The notes under the pieces: model-generated
Seen by the model: the letters and a program-made list of their open reading frames with translations, nothing else
Told to the model about the DNA's origin: nothing
Databases searched by the model: none
Translations under genes and position numbers: made by a program
Shown: positions 10,129 through 19,707 of the stretch, in pieces
Numbering within the stretch: the first letter of the stretch is position 1
Layout of the letters: the number at the start of each line of letters is the position of its first letter
Source of the DNA: an uncultured Arcobacteraceae bacterium
Lineage (GTDB): Bacteria > Campylobacterota > Campylobacteria > Campylobacterales > Arcobacteraceae
Assembly (NCBI GenBank): GCA_964022095.1
Contig: CAXHZO010000003.1
Span: 1-64,000, forward strand
Length of the DNA: 64,000 nucleotides
Reading direction: 5' to 3'

Positions 10129-12060
10129 ATGAATAAAATTCTATCAATATCTTTGATAACAGCAGCGATTTTAAGTGCCAATGAAACTGTAGATTTAGAA
10201 ACTATTAGTGTAGTTCAAGAAACTAATAGTAAAGTAGTAACAGATCTTAGTAATGAACAAATTAAAAGTGCAGATTTAGCTGAAGCTTTAACTAAAAATA
10301 TATCTTCTGTATCAATTGTTAGAAGAAGTGGTATTGCAAATGATATTATCCTAAGAGGTCAAAAGAAAGATAATATTAATATCTTAATTGATGATGCAAA
10401 AATATATGGAGCATGCCCTAATAGAATGGATCCCCCAACTTCTCATGTTTTATCAAACAATATTGAAAGCGTAGAAGTTATTGAAGGTCCATATGATGTT
10501 GAAAACTTTGGAACATTAAGTGGTAAAGTAACTGTAAAAACAAAAGATCCAAAAGAGAACTTCTCAGGTGATGTAAATGTAGGTTTTGGAAGTTTTGGTT
10601 ACCAAAAGTTTAGTGGAACACTAAGTGGTGGAACTGAGAAATACAAAGTTTTAGTATCAGCTTCAACTGAGACAAGTGATCCATATAAAGATGGTGACGG
10701 TAATGATTTTTTACAACAGCAAAAAGCAAGTGGTATCCCAGCTGCTAATCAATACTCAAGTGATGATTTAGATGCATATGAAAAGAAAACATTACTTACA
10801 AAAGCAATTTATAATATTGATGATAGTAGTGAATTAAAACTATCTTATACTGCAAATAGAAGTGATAATGTTCTTTATCCGAATACTCCAATGGATGCAG
10901 ATTATGATGATTCAAATATCTATACTATTGGATATGAAAAGAGAGATTTAGGAAGTTTATCAAAAAAATTGAGTTTAGATTACTATTACTCAAATGTTGA
11001 TCATCCAATGAGTGTAAGGCTAAGAAACAATGCAACTATGATGAAAGATAGAACTAATCATATGAAATCATCAATTTGGGGAACAAAATTAAAAAATAGT
11101 TTAGAAATTGGTGATTCTTTAGTAACACTTGGTTTAGATACTAGTGTTAGAAACTGGAAAGGTCAAATGTATAATAATGATCTAACAACAAATTTTGTTA
11201 GTTTAGCTTCAACAGACACTACAAATAAAGCTGTATTTGCAAAAGTGGAAAAAACTTTTGGGAAGTTAGACTTAGAATTTGGAACTAGATATGATTATAC
11301 TGATGTAGATACGATAAATGCTTCAAAAACTGATAAGAAATACACTTCAATAAATGCTAACATTTTTGGTGTTTATAATGCAGATGAAAATACAAAATAC
11401 TTTGCAGGAATTGGAAAAGCTTCAAGAGTTCCTGATGCAAGAGAATTATACTATGGTATGGCTAATAATAATTTAGAAGATACAAAAAACTATGAAATTG
11501 ATTTAGGGTTTGAAAAAAATATAGGAAATTTAAATCTTAGAACAAAACTATTTTACTCTAAATTGGAAGATTATATTTATAATACTGGAACATTTACAAA
11601 TATTGATGCAAAAATTTATGGAGCTGAGATTTCAGGTTTTTATTTAGTAAGTGAAAACTTCTCAATTGATTATGGAGTAGCTTATCAAAGAGGGAAAAAA
11701 GATGGGAATTATGTTGATAAGGATTTAGCTGAAATTCCACCATTAAAAGCAAATTTAGCATTTAATTATGAACAAAATGATTCTACTTATACAGCTGAAG
11801 TTATAGCTGTAGATAAGTGGGATAGTTACGATGCAAGCGCAGATGAACAAGAGTTATCAGGATATGCAGTTGTAAATTTAAAATCAAATAGCAATCTAAG
11901 TAAAAACTTAGGATTAACACTTGGAGTTGATAATGTATTTGATAAAACATATAATTCTACAAATACTTATCAAGATATTACATATATTGGTTTAGGCGAT
12001 GTTCAATTACTAAATGACCCAGGTAGATACTTCTACGCAAATTTAAAATATAGCTTCTAA
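10129..12060 (+). CDS. TonB-dependent receptor, OprC/NosA-like copper receptor
   Basis: Signal peptide, plug domain, C-terminal YSF; GACPNRMDPP (CxxxM) and DHPM (HxM) motifs as in OprC. Confidence 0.85.
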   Translation: MNKILSISLITAAILSANETVDLETISVVQETNSKVVTDLSNEQIKSADLAEALTKNISSVSIVRRSGIANDIILRGQKKDNINILIDDAKIYGACPNRMDPPTSHVLSNNIESVEVIEGPYDVENFGTLSGKVTVKTKDPKENFSGDVNVGFGSFGYQKFSGTLSGGTEKYKVLVSASTETSDPYKDGDGNDFLQQQKASGIPAANQYSSDDLDAYEKKTLLTKAIYNIDDSSELKLSYTANRSDNVLYPNTPMDADYDDSNIYTIGYEKRDLGSLSKKLSLDYYYSNVDHPMSVRLRNNATMMKDRTNHMKSSIWGTKLKNSLEIGDSLVTLGLDTSVRNWKGQMYNNDLTTNFVSLASTDTTNKAVFAKVEKTFGKLDLEFGTRYDYTDVDTINASKTDKKYTSINANIFGVYNADENTKYFAGIGKASRVPDARELYYGMANNNLEDTKNYEIDLGFEKNIGNLNLRTKLFYSKLEDYIYNTGTFTNIDAKIYGAEISGFYLVSENFSIDYGVAYQRGKKDGNYVDKDLAEIPPLKANLAFNYEQNDSTYTAEVIAVDKWDSYDASADEQELSGYAVVNLKSNSNLSKNLGLTLGVDNVFDKTYNSTNTYQDITYIGLGDVQLLNDPGRYFYANLKYSF

Positions 12061-12074
12061 AAGCTATATTTTAA
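12043..12074. terminator. Bidirectional terminator spanning both convergent stop codons
   Basis: 14-bp perfect stem TTAAAATATAGCTT-ctaa-AAGCTATATTTTAA. Confidence 0.75.
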
Positions 12075-12832
12075 TCACCATTTTTAGAATCTTCTTTTGC
12101 ATCTTCTTTTTTATCTTCAATAAAGTGACTTATAGCATCTTTTATATTTTCTAGCTTATTAGGGTTTCCTTGAAGCCTTGTGAAGTGTTTATTTATATCT
12201 TCGTTCTCTTTGATTTTTAAATCAGCAATTCCAGAACAAATATCTAAAAATACACTATATGGAACATCATCACCTCTTTTTAGGAAATGAATTGCTCTTT
12301 GAAGTGATACAAATGGATTTACACTAACTTTACATAGATTGTTTACTTTTGTATTTATGTAGTTTACAAAATCAATTCTCATATCACATTTTTCTATTGT
12401 AAAAAGTCTTTTTGTAGTATGATATGTACACTCAAAAGCTACTTTTGTAGAATCAAAATCAAATCCATCTACTAGAAAATCTAAACTTGCATCTTTGAAT
12501 TTTTCTCTAAAGACTAATTGATAAATATCATTTTTATATCTGTACGTATAAGAGTTGTTTTCATATTCAAAGAAGTCTTTATTTAGAGCATCATTCATTA
12601 ATTCCCTATCTTGTGAGTTAGGGAATATCATATCTAAGTCCCTAAATACATCTGATTTTATACATGAACCAGCTAAAAAGAATTTTATCTCTTCTTTTTG
12701 TATATTTTGTACAATAAGTCTTTGAAAAAATTCATTTAATTTTATAACAATATTATCAAGTCTGTAATCAAATGCTAAAGCTTGGTCATAAGATAAGAAC
12801 TCTTGATAGTTTTTCCAAAAATCATAAACCAA
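12071..12832 (-). CDS. Hypothetical protein, Pol-beta-like nucleotidyltransferase fold
   Basis: FFLAGS-x8-DLD resembles hG[GS]x(9-13)DhD; later FDF motif; TTG start with AAGGGG RBS. Confidence 0.55.
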   Translation of the reverse strand: MVYDFWKNYQEFLSYDQALAFDYRLDNIVIKLNEFFQRLIVQNIQKEEIKFFLAGSCIKSDVFRDLDMIFPNSQDRELMNDALNKDFFEYENNSYTYRYKNDIYQLVFREKFKDASLDFLVDGFDFDSTKVAFECTYHTTKRLFTIEKCDMRIDFVNYINTKVNNLCKVSVNPFVSLQRAIHFLKRGDDVPYSVFLDICSGIADLKIKENEDINKHFTRLQGNPNKLENIKDAISHFIEDKKEDAKEDSKNGD

Positions 12833-12925
12833 AGTAGACCCTTTATTTAAATTTATATATTATTCCACATTGTATTAAATTATTTCTTTGTATAGTTTGA
12901 ATATAATATTTAATAATCTATATAA

Positions 12926-14080
12926 GTGAGAATAATGACAGAAATAAAAAAAAGAGATGTTTTTTATATAGCAGGTTATGACCCAAGAAGTTATAGATAT
13001 TATTATTCTCTTTACAAAACAAATGCAAAAAAACAAAATAAAATTAATAATCTTAATATTCAAGTATCAAAAACTAACAAATTGAAAACTAATATATCAT
13101 CTTTTGAAATAACTACTAATAAAGATACAAAAACAAATTATACTTTTTTATCTTGGAATGATATAGTAAAAGAAAACTGGACAGAAGGATTTTTTAGTAA
13201 TTTTTTAGACACATTATATTTTGTAAAAATGTATTTATTTTCTGGTATTTTTATAAGGTTTGCAAAAGAGTCAAAAGAACAGTTAATCGCAGGACTTTAT
13301 CCCTTGATTTATTTGATGATTACTTTAGGTTTACTAACTTTAATTTCATATAAGGCTTTTGAATTTAGTTCTTACTCTTTTCAAGGTTTTATTTCTATAT
13401 TTATTAGTCTTTTTATATTTTTTATTGGAATAAAACTTATTGATAAAATTGCAAATAAGATTGCAGTTTTTTGGCTATCTAGAATTTATGCATTTTGTGC
13501 AAAATGGAGTGAAAATAAAATTTCTAAAATCGATGATAGAATAGAATATTTTTCTCAACATATTTTTGAAAGAATAAAAGAAACAAATAGTGAAAACAAA
13601 GAGTTTATTTTATCTTCTCACAGTGTTGGTACAATTTTAGCCATTTCAATAGCTAATAATGTTATAAAAAAGTGTTATGAGTCAAATATAGACTATTCTA
13701 ATTTTAAATTATTAACTTTAGGGCATTGTATTCCATTAGTAAGTTATCAAAGAAAATCAGAAAATCACAAAAAAGTTCTTGAAGAGTTAGGTCAAACAAA
13801 AGATTTTATATGGCTTGATTTTACAGCTGCAATTGATGGAGCTTGTTTTTGTGTTGATCCTATTAAGTCTTCAGGAATAAAAAGAGAAAAAGAGTGTGGT
13901 CCCGTATCAATGTCACCAAGGTTTTTTAAACTTTTTGAAAAAGAAAACTATATAAAAATAAAAAAACAAAAATATAAAGCACATTTTTTGTATCTACATG
14001 CAACAGACTTAACTGGCAATTATGACTATTTTGATATAACTGCTGGAGATAAACCTCTAGAATCTAGAATAAAAAAATAA
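12926..14080 (+). CDS. Membrane-associated alpha/beta-hydrolase-like protein, C. jejuni Cj1412c-like
   Basis: YIAGYDP N-terminus, two TM segments, SHSVG nucleophile-elbow-like motif, IDG and AHFLY; upstream of the P450. Confidence 0.65.
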   Translation: MRIMTEIKKRDVFYIAGYDPRSYRYYYSLYKTNAKKQNKINNLNIQVSKTNKLKTNISSFEITTNKDTKTNYTFLSWNDIVKENWTEGFFSNFLDTLYFVKMYLFSGIFIRFAKESKEQLIAGLYPLIYLMITLGLLTLISYKAFEFSSYSFQGFISIFISLFIFFIGIKLIDKIANKIAVFWLSRIYAFCAKWSENKISKIDDRIEYFSQHIFERIKETNSENKEFILSSHSVGTILAISIANNVIKKCYESNIDYSNFKLLTLGHCIPLVSYQRKSENHKKVLEELGQTKDFIWLDFTAAIDGACFCVDPIKSSGIKREKECGPVSMSPRFFKLFEKENYIKIKKQKYKAHFLYLHATDLTGNYDYFDITAGDKPLESRIKK

Positions 14081-14093
14081 AAAGGAATATCAT

Positions 14094-15473
14094 ATGGGAC
14101 AATGTCCATTTCACCCAAAAGCGCATAAAAACAAAGCATCACTTTTTACAACTTTTTTACTAAAAAGACGTTCATGGTTAGATGGACTATATGAGAGAAG
14201 TTATAAAATGAAAATGGGTAGGGTAAAGATGCCAGGCCTTGATTTGCATGTTGTAAATGACCCTAAAGAAGTGCGAAAGATTATGGTTGATGAGGTAAGG
14301 GATTATCCAAAAAGTGATCTACTTCATGATCTATTAAAACCTCTTTTAGGGGATAGTATTTTTACTACTAATGGCGAAGTTTGGGAAAAGCAAAGAGATC
14401 TATTAAAGCCATCATTTGAAATGACAAGAATTAATAAAGTATTTGGTCTTATGAATGATGCTGCAAATGATATGATGAAAAAGTTTGATAAACATAAAAG
14501 TGGTGAAATAGTTGAAGTTGATGAGTATATGACTTTTGTGACTGCTGATGTTATTTTTAGAACTATTATGTCTGAAAAACTTGATGAAAAAAAAGGGAAA
14601 GAAGTATTAGAAGCTTTTGTAACTTTTCAAGAAGAAACTGCACGAGCTGCAATGAGAAAAATGTTTTGTGTTCCTAAATGGATTTCTTATGTTTTAGGTG
14701 AAAAGAAAAGACTTGCAGCAGGGGATGTTATACGACAGACTCTAAGTGATATTATAAAACCTAGATATGATGCAGTTACAAATGGAGAAGAAATTATCAC
14801 TGAAGATATTTTATCTTCTCTTTTAAAAGTTGTAGATGCAGATACAAATGAGAGGTTTTCTTTTGAAGAGATTTTAGACCAAGTTGCTATGTTGTTCTTA
14901 GCTGGTCATGAAACAACTGCAAGTTCACTTACGTGGACTTTGTATATACTTAGTATGGCACAAGAAGAGCAAGAAAAAGCATACAAAGAGATTAATGAAG
15001 TTTGTGGAAAAGAGGATCTAACTATTCATCATATTAGAAAATTAAAGTACCTTACAAATGTATTTAAAGAAGCCCTTAGACTTTATCCTCCTGTTGGTTT
15101 TTTTGCAAGGGAGGCAAAAGAAGAAAAAGAAATGAGAAGTAAGCATATAAAAGTAGGTGCAGGTATGGTTGTCGCTCCTTGGCTTATTCAAAGACATGAA
15201 GAGTATTGGGAAAATCCACATGAGTTTGACCCAACAAGATTTGAAGATAAGGGGAATATTCAAAAAGGAACTTATTTACCATTTGGTATGGGAGAGAGAA
15301 TCTGTATAGGTCAAGGCTTTGCAATGCAAGAATCGATATTAATATTAGCAAATATTTTAAGAGAGTATAAATTAGATTTAAAAGAGGGATTTGTACCTGA
15401 TGTAGTTGGACGTCTTACTATTAGATCAGCAAATGGAATGTATATAAAAATGACAAAAAGAAATGGAGAATAA
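14094..15473 (+). CDS. Cytochrome P450, CYP172A (C. jejuni Cj1411c)-like
   Basis: AGHETT I-helix, EALR (ExxR), PFGMGERICIG heme-thiolate motif; N-terminus KRRSWLDGLYERSY as recalled for Cj1411c. Confidence 0.95.
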   Translation: MGQCPFHPKAHKNKASLFTTFLLKRRSWLDGLYERSYKMKMGRVKMPGLDLHVVNDPKEVRKIMVDEVRDYPKSDLLHDLLKPLLGDSIFTTNGEVWEKQRDLLKPSFEMTRINKVFGLMNDAANDMMKKFDKHKSGEIVEVDEYMTFVTADVIFRTIMSEKLDEKKGKEVLEAFVTFQEETARAAMRKMFCVPKWISYVLGEKKRLAAGDVIRQTLSDIIKPRYDAVTNGEEIITEDILSSLLKVVDADTNERFSFEEILDQVAMLFLAGHETTASSLTWTLYILSMAQEEQEKAYKEINEVCGKEDLTIHHIRKLKYLTNVFKEALRLYPPVGFFAREAKEEKEMRSKHIKVGAGMVVAPWLIQRHEEYWENPHEFDPTRFEDKGNIQKGTYLPFGMGERICIGQGFAMQESILILANILREYKLDLKEGFVPDVVGRLTIRSANGMYIKMTKRNGE

Positions 15474-15476
15474 AGT

Positions 15477-15830
15477 TTGAAAGAAAAATTAGCAGGAACA
15501 CTTCTTATGTGTGCAATAGTTCCTCTTGCAGTTATTAGTTATCTTTTCATTGTTGTTGTTGGAACATTTGGAAATGTTGCAAGAGTAAGACAAGGGGTTA
15601 GGGCTCTTGATCACTTTGTAAATGCTACACTTTTTAATGGATATGCTTGGGAGTCTTTATCTTCTCATGCTTGGAGAGAGCGAGAGAAAAAGTGGGCAAA
15701 AATAGTGATAAAAATCACTGATAAATTTCAAAAAGATCACTGTAAAAGAGCAAATAAAAGAGAGCAGGTAATAGTAGACTTAGTTTTAAAGAAAAAACTT
15801 CATCAGCAAACAGTTGGGAAGCAGTTATAA
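15477..15830 (+). CDS. Small membrane protein, Cj1410c-like
   Basis: TTG start after GGAG, N-terminal TM, LDHFVNA...ESLSSHAWR...DHC motif; third gene of the P450 operon. Confidence 0.7.
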   Translation: MKEKLAGTLLMCAIVPLAVISYLFIVVVGTFGNVARVRQGVRALDHFVNATLFNGYAWESLSSHAWREREKKWAKIVIKITDKFQKDHCKRANKREQVIVDLVLKKKLHQQTVGKQL

Positions 15831-17015
15831 ATAAAAGTTACTATTTATCTGAGTAGTTTGTATTAAGTATCCTCTGAATTTTTTGAACAGCTTCTTATCT
15901 ACTTGTGTATAGTTTTTCCAAAAATCATCTAAACTCATATCTTTACAAGTTAATCCCTCTATATCATATATAGCTCTACCTAAACAAATAGTTGGAGTTT
16001 CATGATAAAGTGATTGAATTCCTACTGTACTATTTATCATAACACTTCCAATAGAGTGTTTTAAAAGTGTTGGTAAGTGCACATCCCAAGTAATGATGAC
16101 TCTATTTTTTATTCCATAGTGTTTTGCATAAAAGTTTATATATTTTTTATAATTTTTTTTCCCTCTATCCATAGGATGATGTTTAAATACTAAATATTTA
16201 TCTTTTGGGGCATATTTTGAAAAAGAGATAAGAACTTCTTTTATAAACTCTTCTATAGAGTTATAATCACTATGAACTCTAATTTGGAAGTCATTGTATG
16301 TCTGAAGTGGTACAAAGTAGTATTTTTTGTCTATTTTTTCTTCAAAGTATTGGTTTTTGCCTTTTTCTGTGATTTTATTAATGTTTTTTCTTAGATAGTT
16401 TATTATTCCTGTCCAGCCTTCTTTAAAAAAAGAGAAGCATCTGTGGTGGTGATAATTTGGGTATTTATAGTGAAAGAAGTTTCCAAAAAAATAGTATATT
16501 ATTGCTTCCCAAGCCATTTTGCCATATGTTGAACCAAAACTTTCAAGATGCTCCATTTCAAATATTACATCATCATCGATATCTAAGTTTTCATAAAAGT
16601 TTCTATCTCTAGGAATTGTACTGTAGTCATTTACCCCATATTTCTCAAGTGTAATAAAGTTTGGTCTTAGATAACCTTCTTCAAAAACAAATATCTCTAT
16701 TTCTAACTCTTTTGCAATTTGAATTGCGTATTTTTGATAAAATCTACAATCCCCAAAAACAAATAGTTTATCTATATTATTTTTCTTATAAAAATCTTTT
16801 ATATATAAAGTCCAGTTTTTAGGGCTATCTTTATATCCTATATAGTGATCAGTTCTAGCAAAGTATTCATCTCCTGCGTTAAATCCTATTCGAAATACTT
16901 TTGCACCTTTTTTTGTAAATTTAGTATCTAGTTTATTAAAATAGCTTCCCATAGGACCTTGGAGTAATAGTAAGTTTTTATTTTTTACATCACCAACTAT
17001 TTTATGTAATTTCAT
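15825..17015 (-). CDS. kpsS: Capsule beta-Kdo transferase KpsS
   Basis: LLLQGPMG, FEEGYLRP, PLQTYNDFQ, KHHPMDRG, INSTVG. Confidence 0.92.
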   Translation of the reverse strand: MKLHKIVGDVKNKNLLLLQGPMGSYFNKLDTKFTKKGAKVFRIGFNAGDEYFARTDHYIGYKDSPKNWTLYIKDFYKKNNIDKLFVFGDCRFYQKYAIQIAKELEIEIFVFEEGYLRPNFITLEKYGVNDYSTIPRDRNFYENLDIDDDVIFEMEHLESFGSTYGKMAWEAIIYYFFGNFFHYKYPNYHHHRCFSFFKEGWTGIINYLRKNINKITEKGKNQYFEEKIDKKYYFVPLQTYNDFQIRVHSDYNSIEEFIKEVLISFSKYAPKDKYLVFKHHPMDRGKKNYKKYINFYAKHYGIKNRVIITWDVHLPTLLKHSIGSVMINSTVGIQSLYHETPTICLGRAIYDIEGLTCKDMSLDDFWKNYTQVDKKLFKKFRGYLIQTTQINSNFYL

Positions 17016-18106
17016 TATTTCACCATACTTAAAATCTTTTGACTTAATCTACTAAGATATGAATATATCTTTGATTTATAATTATATATGATATTATTTT
17101 TTAACTTTTGTCTCTCTTTTTCAAGTTCATCTATCAATTTACTTGGAGTACAGTATTCTAAAGTTCTTGGATGAATATATCTTGGATATAAAATATAAAC
17201 TCCAGCTATTAGTTCATCTAAAGTCAGTATTCTTTTTCTTCTTTTGCAAGATTTTTTGTCTAGCGTTAATCCCCATCCTGCAAAAAAAGGCATACCATAA
17301 GTTACTACTTTTTTATCATAAAGTAATCCTTCAAATCCAGTTAGAGAAGTCATGGTATGTACTTCATCTACTGCATGTAGTACTGAACTCATACTAATAT
17401 CTACAACTATTTCATCACAGTATTTTAAAGCTTCATTTTCAGGTATATTTCCAATTCTATTTCCACTTAGTACATCCGGATGTGGTTTAAAAACTATATA
17501 TGCTTTTGGATTATCTTGTTTTACTTCTTTTAGTAGTTGTAAATTTGTCATACCATTTGCACCATATTTTATGGATGCATCATCTTCAACTTGTCCTGAG
17601 ACTAATATCTTCACTTTATCTTTTGGTAAATATAATTCTTTATGCTTTGAAGTATTATATTTAGATATTTTTGTATCTAGTATTTTTTCTCTAAGTTTTT
17701 TTGCTTCACCAAGAATTTTGTCATCAAATTCATAAGTATTTAGTATTGTTTCTAATCTACTAGGTTTAGTTGGATCAAAATATATTCCCTCATCATCTAA
17801 CACAAGTGAATAAGGTCTAGTTAAATCAGAACCAAGTCCAACTGAGCGTATAAATCCATCTTCAACTCTCGTGATTTTAATGGCATTCTCTTTTGCAAAA
17901 TCTTCTAGTTTTTTAAACTCTTTTTTACCCCAAATGAATACTTGACTATCTTTATCTAATCCTTTTTTTAAAGCAAGTTTATAATGACTAGAAAAAATAG
18001 GATTTATAAATATGATATCTTTATTTTCATACTCTTTTAGAAAACTTTTTATAAAGCCATGTTTCCATCTAGAAAATCCAAATAGGTATATTTTATTTTT
18101 ATTCAA
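17015..18106 (-). CDS. kpsC: KpsC C-terminal beta-Kdo transferase domain as a stand-alone protein
   Basis: EDGFIRSVGLGSD, GQVEDDAS, KPHPDV, PFFAGWGLT, YPRY; own AGGAG RBS with TTG start. Confidence 0.88.
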   Translation of the reverse strand: MNKNKIYLFGFSRWKHGFIKSFLKEYENKDIIFINPIFSSHYKLALKKGLDKDSQVFIWGKKEFKKLEDFAKENAIKITRVEDGFIRSVGLGSDLTRPYSLVLDDEGIYFDPTKPSRLETILNTYEFDDKILGEAKKLREKILDTKISKYNTSKHKELYLPKDKVKILVSGQVEDDASIKYGANGMTNLQLLKEVKQDNPKAYIVFKPHPDVLSGNRIGNIPENEALKYCDEIVVDISMSSVLHAVDEVHTMTSLTGFEGLLYDKKVVTYGMPFFAGWGLTLDKKSCKRRKRILTLDELIAGVYILYPRYIHPRTLEYCTPSKLIDELEKERQKLKNNIIYNYKSKIYSYLSRLSQKILSMVK

Positions 18107-18137
18107 ATTATTTCTCCTATTAACCTGTCATTATAAC

Positions 18138-19400
18138 TTATATTTTAAGCAATTCTATTTGTCTATCAATATCTGACTTACATCTGATAATCTCATTTTC
18201 ATCAAGATTAAGTTTTTTAGCTTTTTTCTCAAAACTTCTTACTATTTCTATACAATTATCAATAATTTTTGCAGCAACGGCAGGTTTTATTGTTTGTGTT
18301 TTTGCTATTTTCAGGACATCTTCTCTTGTAATATTTAATCCTTTACCTGTTATTGCTGTAAGATGTTGTTTTGCAAGTCCTTTTGAATATGTAATATCAT
18401 AAGCTGGAGATAAAGTCCATTTGCCATTTCTATCCATCAAATATGCAAAGTTTTTTGCATGATCATCAAAGTTAAAAATTAGAATATTTAATATCATTCT
18501 TCTGAACAGTTCTTCAATAGCCTCTTGTGATTTACAAACTCTTCTTGTAAGCATAAACAAATACTCATATGATGTAGCTTGAGGAACTGATATATCAATA
18601 TGCATTAGACCTGATGCAGTACACATATGTATTTTTTCATCATTATCATCTCTATCAAATCTTTTTACTAATAAGTGTTTTGAACTTCCTTCTTTAATTA
18701 ATTGAAACTCTGCTGTATTAATCCCAACTTCTTTAGCCATAGTCATAAAAATATATTCTAAAGATGTAAGTCCAATACTTCCAGTTTCTACATCATATAT
18801 TTCATCAAACTTTATAATTGCTCTTTTATATCCACTTTGTAACTCTTTTTTATTTAGTCTAATCTCTTTTGTATCGTAGTTATATTGTACAAGCATTTTT
18901 GGTCGACCACCACCAACAGGAGATACACTATCTCTAATATTCATTAATGCTTCAATGGAAGAATCTTCTTTTTCTAATCCTTTTTTCATCTCTTCATACG
19001 CTTCTTTAGCATTGATTGCAATATCAGGTGTTATTGCAGCATCTTCTTCCTGAGGAATATACTCAATTGCTCCCATACCTCTATCTCCAATAAATGCAAG
19101 TTTATTTAATAGATTAACTTCAAAAGGTCTTTTACCTTGTTTTTCAAAATATCTATCAATAAAAGGCATACCATGTTTATCTGGTAATGAATCAAAAAAC
19201 ACTCCATATATACCTTTATACAGATCTTTATTTTCATTATTAGATTGGGGTGTATTAAACTTTTTCATCTCCATTTTAATAGGAGAAATTTCAAGATTTC
19301 CTTGTTTGAATCTTTTATCATAGTCAAAAAAGAAAGTGCCATTATTATCAATTATTGTGCCAATTTTCTTGCCATAAATATATGCATCAATCTCTTTCAT
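18138..19400 (-). CDS. hipA: HipA-family serine/threonine kinase toxin
   Basis: N-terminal couple_hipA domain (DSLPD, DRGMGA), SPVGGGRPK P-loop, VKRFDR, NFDDHAKNF, LSPAYD. Confidence 0.92.
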   Translation of the reverse strand: MKEIDAYIYGKKIGTIIDNNGTFFFDYDKRFKQGNLEISPIKMEMKKFNTPQSNNENKDLYKGIYGVFFDSLPDKHGMPFIDRYFEKQGKRPFEVNLLNKLAFIGDRGMGAIEYIPQEEDAAITPDIAINAKEAYEEMKKGLEKEDSSIEALMNIRDSVSPVGGGRPKMLVQYNYDTKEIRLNKKELQSGYKRAIIKFDEIYDVETGSIGLTSLEYIFMTMAKEVGINTAEFQLIKEGSSKHLLVKRFDRDDNDEKIHMCTASGLMHIDISVPQATSYEYLFMLTRRVCKSQEAIEELFRRMILNILIFNFDDHAKNFAYLMDRNGKWTLSPAYDITYSKGLAKQHLTAITGKGLNITREDVLKIAKTQTIKPAVAAKIIDNCIEIVRSFEKKAKKLNLDENEIIRCKSDIDRQIELLKI

Positions 19401-19707
19401 TAGTTTTAGCCTTTCTCACTCTTCTTTTAGCTATCTTTTTGTTTTGTTTTCTAATTTCATCAATTGAAGTAAATTCTTCTTTTTTTATTAATTCTTCTAG
19501 TCTTGATGTTAAATCAAGTGCGATTAAAAGGTTTATAATATTTTCAAATTTTGTTGATTTACTACTTATAAAGTTTGCATAAGATCTTGCTGTCATTCCA
19601 GCAGCTAGATATAAATCTTTTTGAGTCATATTTTTTCTAACTCTTTGTTCTTCAACCATATCAACAAACTTTTCCATAATATCATATGGAGTCATAAATT
19701 CAATCAT
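19387..19707 (-). CDS. XRE-family HTH protein, putative HipB-like antitoxin
   Basis: RVRKNMTQKDLYLAAGMTARSY HTH; overlaps the hipA start by 14 bp; C-terminal KRRVR. Confidence 0.8.
   Translation of the reverse strand: MIEFMTPYDIMEKFVDMVEEQRVRKNMTQKDLYLAAGMTARSYANFISSKSTKFENIINLLIALDLTSRLEELIKKEEFTSIDEIRKQNKKIAKRRVRKAKTNERD

Noticed and set aside
12875-13063. 62-aa minus-strand ORF
   Set aside because: Overlaps the start of the hydrolase-like gene on the opposite strand; no supporting signals
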